NCBI GenBank assembly: GCA_029246925.1
Contig: JAQWMF010000014.1
Location: 242-64,241, forward strand
Length of the DNA: 64,000 nt
Origin: Porticoccaceae bacterium
GTDB lineage: Bacteria; Pseudomonadota; Gammaproteobacteria; Pseudomonadales; Porticoccaceae
Direction of reading: 5' to 3'
The position numbers and the translations under genes are program-made. Numbering within the stretch: position 1 is the first letter of the stretch; every line of letters starts with the position of its first letter. Shown here piece after piece: positions 19,947-29,846 of the stretch. The notes below the pieces were generated by a model. It was not told the origin of the DNA. It worked only from the letters and a program-made list of their open reading frames with translations, and ran no database searches.

Positions 19947-22900
19947 ATGACTCATAAGCAAATTCACGTAGGTCAGCAACTTCAACAAACCAATAATGTT
20001 GAGGTTGGCGGCAATTACATCAATATAGAAGGTGAAACCTTCTATCAAATTGAGAACTACGACCAGATGAAGGATTTCTTCATCAGCGTAGTTAGCGATT
20101 CCGATCACTGGATGTTCATTTCCACTCGCGGTGGACTTACTGCTGGAAGAATTAATTCAGAAAATGCCCTTTTCCCATACTACACAGATGACAAAATTAG
20201 TGATGGCTCGCCATATACGGGTAGTAGAACCATAGCACTTGCGACTATTGCAGATAAAACCTCTCTCTGGGAGCCGTTCTCTGAGCAATATAATGGCATC
20301 TACAACATCACCCGCAACCTTTATAAGAATGTGTTTGGTGATAAGCTAATTTTTGAAGAGGTTAATCAGGATTTATCCCTGACTTTCCGTTACGCATGGC
20401 GTACATCCGATAAATTTGGTTTTGTTAAAACTTCAACTCTGATCAATAACGGTAATTCATCTGCTGAGGTAGAGATTATCGATGGTATTGAAAATCTTTT
20501 GCCTTATGGCGTTGAAACTGATGTTCAAGGTGGTTTGAGTTGTCTGGTTGATGCTTATAAGAAGAATGAGCTCGATGCAGAAAGTGGACTTGGTTTGTAC
20601 AGCATGAGTTCTATTTTGGTAGACCGTGCTGAGCCTAGTGAAGCGCTTTCTACCACTACGGTTTGGTCAGTTGGTTTGCCAAACGCTAAAAAATTGGTTT
20701 CTTCCCTTCAACTTGATAGCTTCCGTAAAGGTGTAAGTGTCGAGCAAGAGCTAGACGTTCGCGGTCGTCGCGGTGCTTATTTTGTCAATGATTGCCTAAC
20801 TTTGGGGTCATCTGAAGAAAAAAGCTGGAATATTGTTGCTGAAATCAATCAGGGTCCAGCTAAAGTAAGAGACTTAATGGCTTACTTGAAGGCAGATAAA
20901 AATATCAATCAGGATATAGAAGCTGATATAGCCTTGGGTTCAGAAAATCTTGCCCGTATCGTAGGCATCTCAGATGGCTTACAGGTCACTGAAGATCGAC
21001 TAAGCGCTAACCACCATTTTGCCAATGTGTTATTCAATGTAATGCGTGGGGGTTTGTTTGTAGATAACTATTCAGTGCCCAAGGCAGATTTAATTGGATT
21101 TGTTAAAGGCTTTAACCGCCAAGTATATGATCAGTTTAAAGACTTTTTCGAAGGCTTGGATGACACTTTTCACTACAGTGATCTAGTCAAAGCTGCTTCC
21201 AAGCAAAATGATGCTGGCGTTCAGAGACTGTGTTTTGAATACTTGCCGCTTTCATTTAGCCGTCGCCATGGGGATCCATCTCGACCGTGGAATAAATTTA
21301 ATATCAAAGTGAAGCAAGAAGATGGATCGCAGCTGCTTAACTTTGAGGGTAACTGGCGCGATATTTTCCAAAACTGGGAAGCCTTGAGTTACTCAATTCC
21401 TAATTACATCGAAAGCATGATCTGTAAGTTTGTGAATGCTTCTACAGCCGATGGCTATAATCCTTACCGAATTACTAAAGCCGGTATTGATTGGGAAAAG
21501 CCAGATCCGCATGATCCTTGGGCCAATATTGGCTACTGGGGTGATCATCAGATTATTTACCTATTGAAGTTCTTAGAATTCTCCAATGACCATCATCCAG
21601 GTACATTGCGTGACTTCTTAACCCGTGATCTATTTTGTTACGCCAACGTGCCCTACAAAATTAAAGGCTATCAAGATCTATTAAAAGATCCTCACAACAC
21701 TATCGATTTTGATGAGGCTACTGATGAACTTATTGAGCAGCGCGTCTCTCAGGTAGGTGCTGATGGGCGTCTTATCTGGGATAAAAATGGTTCGGTTTAC
21801 TATGTGAATCTGACTGAGAAGCTTTTAGCAACTATGCTGTCTAAGTTGTCGAACTTTATTCCAGAGGGCGGTATTTGGATGAATACCCAGCGTCCAGAGT
21901 GGAACGATGCGAATAATGCATTGGTAGGCTACGGTGTATCCATGGTAACGCTGTATTACACAAGACGTTATCAGCAATATCTTCTTGATCTGTTCTCTAA
22001 TACAGAGCTTGAAGAGGTGGCAATTTCAGAAGAAATTGATGGGCTTTTACGATCAATTAACCGTACTTTTGAAGATAATAAGCAACTATTGGCTGGAAAA
22101 ATTAACGACACGGATAGAAAGCGTGTGGTTGATGCGCTGGGTGAAGCAGGTTGCCAATTCCGCAGCGGCGTTTATGACAATGACTTCAGTGGCAATCGCG
22201 TGATGCTCAAAACAGCTGACCTGACTGCATTCTTGAAGCTATCGCTTGAGTATATTGATCACAGTATTGAGGCTAATCGCCGTGAAGATGGCTTGTATCA
22301 TGCCTATAACCTAATGACTGCTACAGAAGACTCTGTAGAAGTAAGCCATCTCTACGAAATGCTAGAAGGTCAGGTTGCGGTATTGAGTTCGGGCTATTTG
22401 AGTCCAGAGCAGGCTCTTGAAGTATTAACCTCATTAAGAAATTCTTCAGTTTATACGGAGCGTCAGCACTCATATTTGTTATACCCAGATCGTGAACTTA
22501 CTCGTTTTGTCGATAAAAATATTATCCCTGAAGCGCAGCTAAAACGTTCGGAGTTATTAACGTTGCTAGTGAGCTCTGGTGATACCGCTCTTGTCGAAAA
22601 AAATTCTCAGGGGGGCTATCACTTTAACGGCGCCTTTAATAATGTCGACAGCGCTAGGGTTGTTTTAGGCGCATTGAAGGAAAATGGCTACCAAGATTTA
22701 GTTGATAAAGAGCAGTCATTAATTGAAGAGATTTTTGAGTCGGTATTTAATCATCGTCAATTTACCGGTCGATCAGGCGGTATGTATGCCTATGAAGGAC
22801 TAGGTTCTATTTATTGGCATATGGTTTCTAAGTTATTGCTTGCATCGCTCGAAAATTTCCGCAAAGCACTAGAGCAGGGTTCTGATACGGTTACTGTGGG

Positions 22901-23411
22901 TAAATTAGCAGATTGCTATTTTGATATACGCGCAGGTATTGGGTTTAATAAAACACCAGATAATTACGGTGCTTTCCCAACCGATCCATACTCTCATACT
23001 CCAGGTTTTGCCGGTGCTAAACAGCCGGGAATGACTGGTCAGGTAAAAGAAGAAGTGATTACACGCCTTATGGAGCTGGGTCTATCGGTATCAGGTGGCT
23101 CTATTTACTTTAAGCCGTTTATTTTAAGAAAGTCTGAGTTCTTATCTTCAGCTGATGAGTTAAGTTATTTTGATATTTCAGGCGATCAGCAGACGGTTGA
23201 GCTTCAGGCTGGTCAGTTGGGCTTTACTTACTGTCAGGTGCCTGTTGTATACAGTCTTGCAGAGGAAACATCAGTTGTCATCAGTTACGCCGATGGTACT
23301 GAAAAGGCAATTTCCGGTGATGCTATTGATCCGCAAACGTCGCTTTCCATCTTTGATAAGACCGGCGAAGTTGTGAAGATCAGTGTTACTCTACAGCCTG
23401 GATTAGAATAA
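19947..23411 (+). CDS. GH149 beta-1,3-glucan phosphorylase
   Basis: 1154 aa, no signal peptide; HWMFIS..GGLTAGR, LSFSRRHGDPSRPWN.F, EGNWRDIFQNWEAL, GYWGDHQIIYL, YEMLEGQVAVLSSG, AYEGLGSIYWHMVSKL, FPTDPYSHTP. Confidence 0.85.
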   Translation: MTHKQIHVGQQLQQTNNVEVGGNYINIEGETFYQIENYDQMKDFFISVVSDSDHWMFISTRGGLTAGRINSENALFPYYTDDKISDGSPYTGSRTIALATIADKTSLWEPFSEQYNGIYNITRNLYKNVFGDKLIFEEVNQDLSLTFRYAWRTSDKFGFVKTSTLINNGNSSAEVEIIDGIENLLPYGVETDVQGGLSCLVDAYKKNELDAESGLGLYSMSSILVDRAEPSEALSTTTVWSVGLPNAKKLVSSLQLDSFRKGVSVEQELDVRGRRGAYFVNDCLTLGSSEEKSWNIVAEINQGPAKVRDLMAYLKADKNINQDIEADIALGSENLARIVGISDGLQVTEDRLSANHHFANVLFNVMRGGLFVDNYSVPKADLIGFVKGFNRQVYDQFKDFFEGLDDTFHYSDLVKAASKQNDAGVQRLCFEYLPLSFSRRHGDPSRPWNKFNIKVKQEDGSQLLNFEGNWRDIFQNWEALSYSIPNYIESMICKFVNASTADGYNPYRITKAGIDWEKPDPHDPWANIGYWGDHQIIYLLKFLEFSNDHHPGTLRDFLTRDLFCYANVPYKIKGYQDLLKDPHNTIDFDEATDELIEQRVSQVGADGRLIWDKNGSVYYVNLTEKLLATMLSKLSNFIPEGGIWMNTQRPEWNDANNALVGYGVSMVTLYYTRRYQQYLLDLFSNTELEEVAISEEIDGLLRSINRTFEDNKQLLAGKINDTDRKRVVDALGEAGCQFRSGVYDNDFSGNRVMLKTADLTAFLKLSLEYIDHSIEANRREDGLYHAYNLMTATEDSVEVSHLYEMLEGQVAVLSSGYLSPEQALEVLTSLRNSSVYTERQHSYLLYPDRELTRFVDKNIIPEAQLKRSELLTLLVSSGDTALVEKNSQGGYHFNGAFNNVDSARVVLGALKENGYQDLVDKEQSLIEEIFESVFNHRQFTGRSGGMYAYEGLGSIYWHMVSKLLLASLENFRKALEQGSDTVTVGKLADCYFDIRAGIGFNKTPDNYGAFPTDPYSHTPGFAGAKQPGMTGQVKEEVITRLMELGLSVSGGSIYFKPFILRKSEFLSSADELSYFDISGDQQTVELQAGQLGFTYCQVPVVYSLAEETSVVISYADGTEKAISGDAIDPQTSLSIFDKTGEVVKISVTLQPGLE

Positions 23412-23436
23412 GCCTAAGTTTAAAGTTAAAACCAAT

Positions 23437-23467
23437 AAAAAAAGCCGTCTAAACAGACGGCTTTTTT
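23437..23467. terminator. Bidirectional Rho-independent terminator
   Basis: A7-gccgtct-aaac-agacggc-T6. Confidence 0.85.
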
Positions 23468-23495
23468 ATGCTTGCGAATAATAAGTTTATCTACA

Positions 23496-24917
23496 TTATC
23501 GCGCTTCTAATTGTGTGCGAATCTCATGAGATTTCTCCTCATCAAGATCGTAATTTCGCATCGCAAAGATGGCTATTAGAGTACCAGTGCAGGGGATAAT
23601 AATATAGCTAAGTCGAAGCAATGTCATTGTTTCTTCACTTTGGAGAGCCACTGATTGGTCAAAGCCAATAACGCTTAGAATTAAGCCACTTGCCGCGCCA
23701 GCAAATGCACCGCCAAATTTAACCATCCACCAGTAGATAGCGCCAAAGGTGCCTTCGCGTCGTTGATTAGTTTCTAGTTCATCTAAGTCACAGACATCGG
23801 CAGTCATAGACATCATGATAGTAAATAGGCCGCCAATACCGAATGCGAAAAGTGGTAATGGGATAAACATCATCCATGGATTTTCTGGTGAAAATCCCCA
23901 CCAGAAAAGCACATAACCCAGCAGTGAAACCGCTTGCGAGTATAGGAAAGTGGTTTTTTTACCGTATTTTTGGGCAAAGTGATTTACGATAGGAATTACC
24001 ATAAAGGTAGTAAATAAAGCACCAACAGAGCCAAATAAAGTAGGCCAGACACCCGCGGCTGTTGGATCGCCTTCGTTCATGTAGTACACAACGATAAACC
24101 AAGAAAATGCAGCTACTACTTGGAACGCATTAAAGATAAAGAAAGTAGCAATACAGATTTTCTGGAAGGGTTTATTGCGTAGAGTCACTAGAATACCACG
24201 ACCAAAATCGAGCATAGTTTCTTTAAGAGACTTATCATCTCTTTCATGTTGGACAGCAGATGCTGGTGTTGTATGGGTGCAAAAAATAGCGGGTACCAAT
24301 GCCATTATCATACAGCCACCGCCAACCCATAGTGAAAGGGTTCTAGCGCCTTCAGTGGCTGATTCATACCAATCGGGATCATAGAGAATAATCCAGAACC
24401 AGGGTGCAATTACCCAGGCCCACTGACCAATCCACTGAGCCACTGCCATAATGCGGGTGCGCTCATGGAAGTCAGTACTCATCTCATAGCCCATAGCGAC
24501 ATAAGGAACGCCGAAAATAGTCATGCCAATCCAAAATACACAGGCCCAGAATAGGAAGTAATAAAAGTTATACATCTCGGTGTTAGTGGCATATAGCTGC
24601 CACATCATCATAAACGATAAGCCTGAGATAATAGCGCCTACAAATACGTAGGGACGGCGTTTTCCCCATCTTGAATTGGTGTGATCGGAGATCTAACCCA
24701 TTAATGGATCAGTTACTGCATCTATTAGTTTGGGGATAAAGAAAATTAGCGCCCAAAGAACAGGGCTCATGCCTAATCCTTGAACAAGAATCACCATAAA
24801 TATACCCAATGCAGCGGGGAACATTTGATTGGCTAACATGCCAATGCCAAAAGCGATTTTTTGATTAAAGGGTACCTGATTGGTGGTTGATACTTCTTGC
24901 AAGTTATCTTGGGTCAT
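23496..24917 (-). pseudogene. GPH-family (MFS) glycoside:cation symporter interrupted by one in-frame TAG
   Basis: ORFs 24693-24917 and 23496-24611 share one frame. Continuous translation gives DAVTDPLMG*ISDHTNSRWGKRRPY, the conserved GPH motif, with TAG at 24693-24695. Confidence 0.85.
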
Positions 24918-25042
24918 AATCCGTATCTTCTAATGTTATTATTAGTTTGAAGTGACTCTATTCATCACCTAGATGTGTTTTGAGTCTACCATCTTTTATT
25001 AATTAATCGTTCGAAAATCTGTCAGCTTTATGTGTTAACTGC

Positions 25043-26272
25043 CTAAGATTCGATCAAAATAGGCATATTTGCGGTAGCCGAACCGCCATGGCCGTCATCT
25101 ACATAAACAAAAAGTCGAAACTCCCCAGTTTGAGGGGGTGAAAACTCTACATTCATTAATGTATTGGCATTTGATTGCTGCCAAACAATTTCTGGCGTTG
25201 GCTCAAAGTCGCCACCATCGCTTTCTAATTCTCGGTCAACCTCTCTCATTAATTCCCAACGATAACTTAGATTTTTATTAGTGGTTTTACTATCAATCTT
25301 TGCACTGTAGGTTTGGCCCTGTTGCAAGCAGACACTCTCCTCGGCCAGCATACCATTGACGGTTAATTTACCAATCTGTGGAATTTTATGCTGTGCCCAT
25401 TTTCCCGTCCAAAGATACTGCATGACTTGAGCGGCTTCAGTGCTGTTATTATTGTCTAAAAATAGCCCATACCAGGTAGGTGTTCGCTCTTGCTTTTGGC
25501 CCCACAAAAAAACGAATGACCCAATGCATTGTTTGGCATCTTCTGCAATATAATTTAAATATCTTAAACGATAGTCATTAGCTTTTTCCGTGCTATTTGC
25601 CTCTATAGGTCTGTCCCAGCGGGTATTTTCACATTCCCAGTGACCTGTAGCCCCCCATTCGGTAATCATATAAGCACCCTGATAGTGACTCTCCTGTAAA
25701 AAACCAGGAAGTTTGTCTATAGCGCCATAAATCTGGAAAGATAGTAGATCTAGATCTGGACATAATTTATCGACTAGCTCAATAACCTCGGGCTCAGCAC
25801 CCGCCAGCATGGTAGTGGTGGGGTGATTGGGGTCAATCTGGTGGATCATTTTTGATAGATCATTGACCGCATCCCATACCTTGGGGTTTTTATGGCGAAG
25901 ATTTAGCTCATTGCCAATACCCCAGATTAAAAGTGCGGGGTGGTCCTTCAGGGCTAGGATATCCTCTTTGATTGCCGCCATTTGCTCAGATACTGCCTGC
26001 TGGTTTTCGTAATTAAAGCCATGCCGTTCGCGTTCCACCTCAATACCCATACACACCATCAGGCCATTTTGATGTGCTTCATCAAGAATTTCGAGTCCGC
26101 TTTTTTCACCATTATTAACACGCCAGGTACGAAAAGCATTGCCTCCGAAATCTGCAAGACTTTTGATATTGCCAAAATCGACACCAGCGCCATTAATATA
26201 GAAAGGTTTGTTATTAACCCGAAGTTGGTATTTTTTGTCACGGTAATTGAGTTCAACTTTGGAAGGTTTCAT
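25043..26272 (-). CDS. Clan GH-A beta-glucanase, GH158-like (usually auto-annotated GH2 TIM-barrel) with C-terminal Ig-like domain
   Basis: PFYINGAG, GGNAFRTW, WGIGNELN, ITEWG, FLWGQKQERTPTWYG. ATG at 26272 has an AAGGTGA RBS (the track starts at GTG 26281). No signal peptide. Family number is from memory. Confidence 0.7.
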   Translation of the reverse strand: MKPSKVELNYRDKKYQLRVNNKPFYINGAGVDFGNIKSLADFGGNAFRTWRVNNGEKSGLEILDEAHQNGLMVCMGIEVERERHGFNYENQQAVSEQMAAIKEDILALKDHPALLIWGIGNELNLRHKNPKVWDAVNDLSKMIHQIDPNHPTTTMLAGAEPEVIELVDKLCPDLDLLSFQIYGAIDKLPGFLQESHYQGAYMITEWGATGHWECENTRWDRPIEANSTEKANDYRLRYLNYIAEDAKQCIGSFVFLWGQKQERTPTWYGLFLDNNNSTEAAQVMQYLWTGKWAQHKIPQIGKLTVNGMLAEESVCLQQGQTYSAKIDSKTTNKNLSYRWELMREVDRELESDGGDFEPTPEIVWQQSNANTLMNVEFSPPQTGEFRLFVYVDDGHGGSATANMPILIES

Positions 26273-26417
26273 TGGTGTCACCTTGGGTTAAAAATTAAGT
26301 CGGACATTCTATTTCCGAGGGCTGTGCAAAACAAGCGCTATAACTACTATGCAAAATTGTTAAATGAGTAATATAATCGCCTAAATGTCTGTACATAATA
26401 ATTATAGGTTAAATTAA

Positions 26418-27710
26418 GTGGGAACTTTCTCTAAGTATCTTGTCCTTGCGCTAATAACTTTCAGCCTTTTTGGCTGTGAAAAAACAACCCATAATGAGTC
26501 TAGTTATGACTCTCATGGGCCCTCTGCTAAGGAAATTTTAGGAAATCCAAATTATCCGGCAATTTCCTATGGTGGTTATCGCGAAAAGACGCGTGATGAT
26601 GTGCCTACAGTTGAAGATCTAAAAGAGGATATGCGCATACTCTCAGCTATGGGCGTAAGAATTCTTCGCACCTACAATACATCACAATTTCCTCAGGCAG
26701 AGAGAATCCTTGAAGCGATTAGGCAGCTAAAACAAGCGGATTCTAGTTTTGAAATGTATGTCATGTTGGGAGCCTGGATCGACTGTAAAAATGCTTGGAC
26801 CGAAATTTCTCCAATTCACGGGGAAGAAAGTGAAGAAAATAATCGGGCTGAAATTGAAATGTCGGTATCGCTCGCTAACCAATACCCAGATATCGTCAAG
26901 GTAATTGCTGTGGGTAATGAAGCGATGGTGCATTGGGCCACCAGGTATTTTGTCTATCCAAACACTATTCTAAGGTGGGTGAATTATCTACAGAATCTTA
27001 AAAAGGACGGCCAGCTATCTAATGATGTTTGGATTACCAGTTCAGATAATTATGCATCTTGGGGTGGTGGTGACAAGAGCTATCATTCTGAAGACCTAGA
27101 AGCCTTAATTAAAGCGGTCGATTATTTATCAGTTCATACCTACCCATTCCATGATTCGCACTATAACCCTAACTACTGGGGAGTTTTTGAGGGCGAGGAA
27201 AATTTATCAAAAATTGAAATGATTGAGGCAGCCATGCTGCGTGCTAAACAGTATGCAATTTCCCAATATCAGGGGGTTGCGGACTATGTGCAAAGTCTTG
27301 GGTTGGAAAAGCCAATCCATATTGGTGAAACTGGCTGGTCTTCTGTTGCCGCAACCCTCTATGGTGCCTCTGGGTCTTTGGCCGCCGATGAGCTAAAGCA
27401 GGGCCTGTATTATCAGCATATGCGCGACTGGGAAAAAGAATCCAGCATGTCAGTGTTTTATTTTGAGGCATTTGATGAGCAGTGGAAAGATCCAGACGAT
27501 ATCAATGGATCAGAAAATTATTTTGGTCTAATAGGGTTGGATAACAATGTTAAATATGCCCTTTGGAATCTGATGGACCAACAGTCCTTTAAGGGATTAA
27601 GCCGAGGCGGTAAACCGCTGAGTAAAAGTTACGGTGGCGATCAGGCTGCTCTTTTAAAGGACGTTGGGCTACCGCCTTTTAAAGGTGACGATTCTGTAAT
27701 TGCAGATTAG
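26418..27710 (+). CDS. GH17 beta-1,3-glucanase lipoprotein
   Basis: Lipobox LFGC; ISYGGYR, LRTYN, VGNEA, SVHTYPFH, IGETGW, YFEAFDEQWK. Confidence 0.85.
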   Translation: MGTFSKYLVLALITFSLFGCEKTTHNESSYDSHGPSAKEILGNPNYPAISYGGYREKTRDDVPTVEDLKEDMRILSAMGVRILRTYNTSQFPQAERILEAIRQLKQADSSFEMYVMLGAWIDCKNAWTEISPIHGEESEENNRAEIEMSVSLANQYPDIVKVIAVGNEAMVHWATRYFVYPNTILRWVNYLQNLKKDGQLSNDVWITSSDNYASWGGGDKSYHSEDLEALIKAVDYLSVHTYPFHDSHYNPNYWGVFEGEENLSKIEMIEAAMLRAKQYAISQYQGVADYVQSLGLEKPIHIGETGWSSVAATLYGASGSLAADELKQGLYYQHMRDWEKESSMSVFYFEAFDEQWKDPDDINGSENYFGLIGLDNNVKYALWNLMDQQSFKGLSRGGKPLSKSYGGDQAALLKDVGLPPFKGDDSVIAD

Positions 27711-27741
27711 AAAATTTACTAGTGTAAATTGAGTTTATAGC

Positions 27742-29637
27742 TTAACGGTTGTCTAAGATGGTTTCCATTTCATCCATAATACTATCCATGCGTTCAACGA
27801 GTGCTTTGTAAGGTGCCGCAGTCGCCATATCAATTCCTGCATCTTTCATTAATTGGTAGGGGTAATCAGACCCACCAGCGTCTAATAACTTGATAAAATC
27901 TTGTTGCGCTTGTTGATCGCCGCTACGGATTTTTTTCGCTAGATCGCTCGCTGCGGCAATTGAAGTGGCATACTGAAAAACATAGAAATCATAGTAAAAG
28001 TGAGGGATATATGCCCATTCAATACCATATAAATCATCGATAGTCACCACGTTTTGATCATGTCCGTGGTAACGTTTTAATAGCTCTAAATACATAGCGG
28101 TGAGCTTGGTTCCAGTCAGCACATTGCCAGACTCAACCTCTTTATTAATTTTTAATTCAAATTCGGCAAACATGGTCTGCCTAAAGAAAGTGCCGCGTAA
28201 GGCCTCGAGCCCAATGCCTAAATAAAATAATTTTTCCTCAGCAGTTTTAGCCTCTTCTATCAGCATATCTTGAAGCAGCATTTCATTCATTATTGAAGCA
28301 GTTTCTGCGATAAACGTAGAATAGCCAGCAGTCTCCCAAGGTTGAGTTGCGTTGGAAAGTACCGAGTGCACCGCATGCCCATATTCATGAGCAAAGGTAG
28401 AGGCGCTTTCAAAATCATCGTTGTGGTTTAGCAATACATAGGGGTGGACATCGTAGGCTCCCCCTGACATATAGGCGCCTGAACGCTTTCCAGTTGAGGG
28501 GAATACATGCATCCAGCGACCCTTAACGCCTAAATCATAGGCAGCCATATATTTCGGGCCTAGCGGCTCTAATGCGCGTCGAGTAACAGCGATTGAGTCT
28601 TCAATACTGAAGGTTTTCTTTAGGTTAACTAGGGGTGGATAGATGTCGTAGTAGCGCATAGCATCTTCGATACCGAGCATTTTTTTCCGCAATCTAAAAT
28701 AACGATGTAAGGTCGGTAGAGCTTGATTAACCTCGGTGACTAAGGTGCGATAAACCTCCGGTGGCATATTGTCGTCAAATAGCGCACGCCCCATGGAGCT
28801 TTTATAATTGCGAGCATCTGTCTGGAACGCTAACCCCTGAATTTGCGAATTCATAATAGTGCCAAGAGTGGCTTCATAGTCTTGCCAGACCGACCAAAAA
28901 CTATTGAATACCCGTTTTCTATCTTCGCGATTGGGTGCCTGCCGCCCAGAGGAATACCCAGCTTGACTAAGTCTTATTTCGCGACCATCAGATAATGTTA
29001 TTTCTGGCCAAGGTAAATTGGCATTGGCAAAAACAGAGTAAATAGAATTGGGCGCACTAGTGAGTTGGCCGGTTTTTGCCAGTAGCGTTTCAATGTCTTT
29101 ATTTAGTGTATGCGGAGCGCGACGCAAAGTGTCATCAAAATTAAAGCTGTGCTTTTTTAATGCTGGCTCCTGCTCAAGGAACAGGCTAATTTTTTCTTCC
29201 CCAAGAGTTAATAGCTCGGGGCTATACCAGCTGATAGCCGCACCTAGATCAGTTAAAAGATTTGCAGCTAACTGGCTGCGCTCCTCATTTTCTGCGTTGC
29301 GTGTATCAGTATCTGCTCTTAGGCTGGCATGAATGTAAACTCTAACAGCTTCCTTATATACAGTAGAGATTTGGTCAGATGCATTTAATAAAGATTGAGA
29401 ACTTTCCCTCAGGGTGCCCTGAAGTTTGGTTAGCTGACCAATTTGATGGGCAACATCTAATCTAGCGGTTTCCCAAGCATCTGTATCAGTATATAAATCA
29501 CTAAGATCCCATTTGTATTTTTCTTCAGCCACATTATTTATAGTGGTTTCCGAATCTAGATTTACAGGATTGCCGCTACATGCCGTTAAAAAATAACCTG
29601 TAACAATAAGTGTGTAAAAACTTTTTTTAGTGATCAT
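27742..29637 (-). CDS. pepF: Oligoendopeptidase F (M3B), lipoprotein
   Basis: Lipobox LTAC; KWDLSDLY, KRSGAY, HPYVLLN, HEYGH zinc motif, WAYIPHFY. Confidence 0.9.
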   Translation of the reverse strand: MITKKSFYTLIVTGYFLTACSGNPVNLDSETTINNVAEEKYKWDLSDLYTDTDAWETARLDVAHQIGQLTKLQGTLRESSQSLLNASDQISTVYKEAVRVYIHASLRADTDTRNAENEERSQLAANLLTDLGAAISWYSPELLTLGEEKISLFLEQEPALKKHSFNFDDTLRRAPHTLNKDIETLLAKTGQLTSAPNSIYSVFANANLPWPEITLSDGREIRLSQAGYSSGRQAPNREDRKRVFNSFWSVWQDYEATLGTIMNSQIQGLAFQTDARNYKSSMGRALFDDNMPPEVYRTLVTEVNQALPTLHRYFRLRKKMLGIEDAMRYYDIYPPLVNLKKTFSIEDSIAVTRRALEPLGPKYMAAYDLGVKGRWMHVFPSTGKRSGAYMSGGAYDVHPYVLLNHNDDFESASTFAHEYGHAVHSVLSNATQPWETAGYSTFIAETASIMNEMLLQDMLIEEAKTAEEKLFYLGIGLEALRGTFFRQTMFAEFELKINKEVESGNVLTGTKLTAMYLELLKRYHGHDQNVVTIDDLYGIEWAYIPHFYYDFYVFQYATSIAAASDLAKKIRSGDQQAQQDFIKLLDAGGSDYPYQLMKDAGIDMATAAPYKALVERMDSIMDEMETILDNR

Positions 29638-29846
29638 CTGATGCCTGTTTTTTTGTGGTTACATGATTATCCATGATGTCATACTAACAAAGGCTATTGG
29701 CTAGCTATAGTAATCAATGGATAAATTATTATGCTAGATAAGTCTATCAATCAAATTGAACTATTACTGCTTAATAGCTGTATATTTGCCAGTAGAAATA
29801 TAAACTTTTTAAGACTTTACTATTAAAATCTTTTGGGTATCCATAA

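Noticed and set aside
24693-24695. Genome-wide TAG recoding or pyrrolysine as the explanation for the MFS stop
   Set aside because: TAG ends intact genes elsewhere in the window (6688, 11631) and no pyl machinery is present
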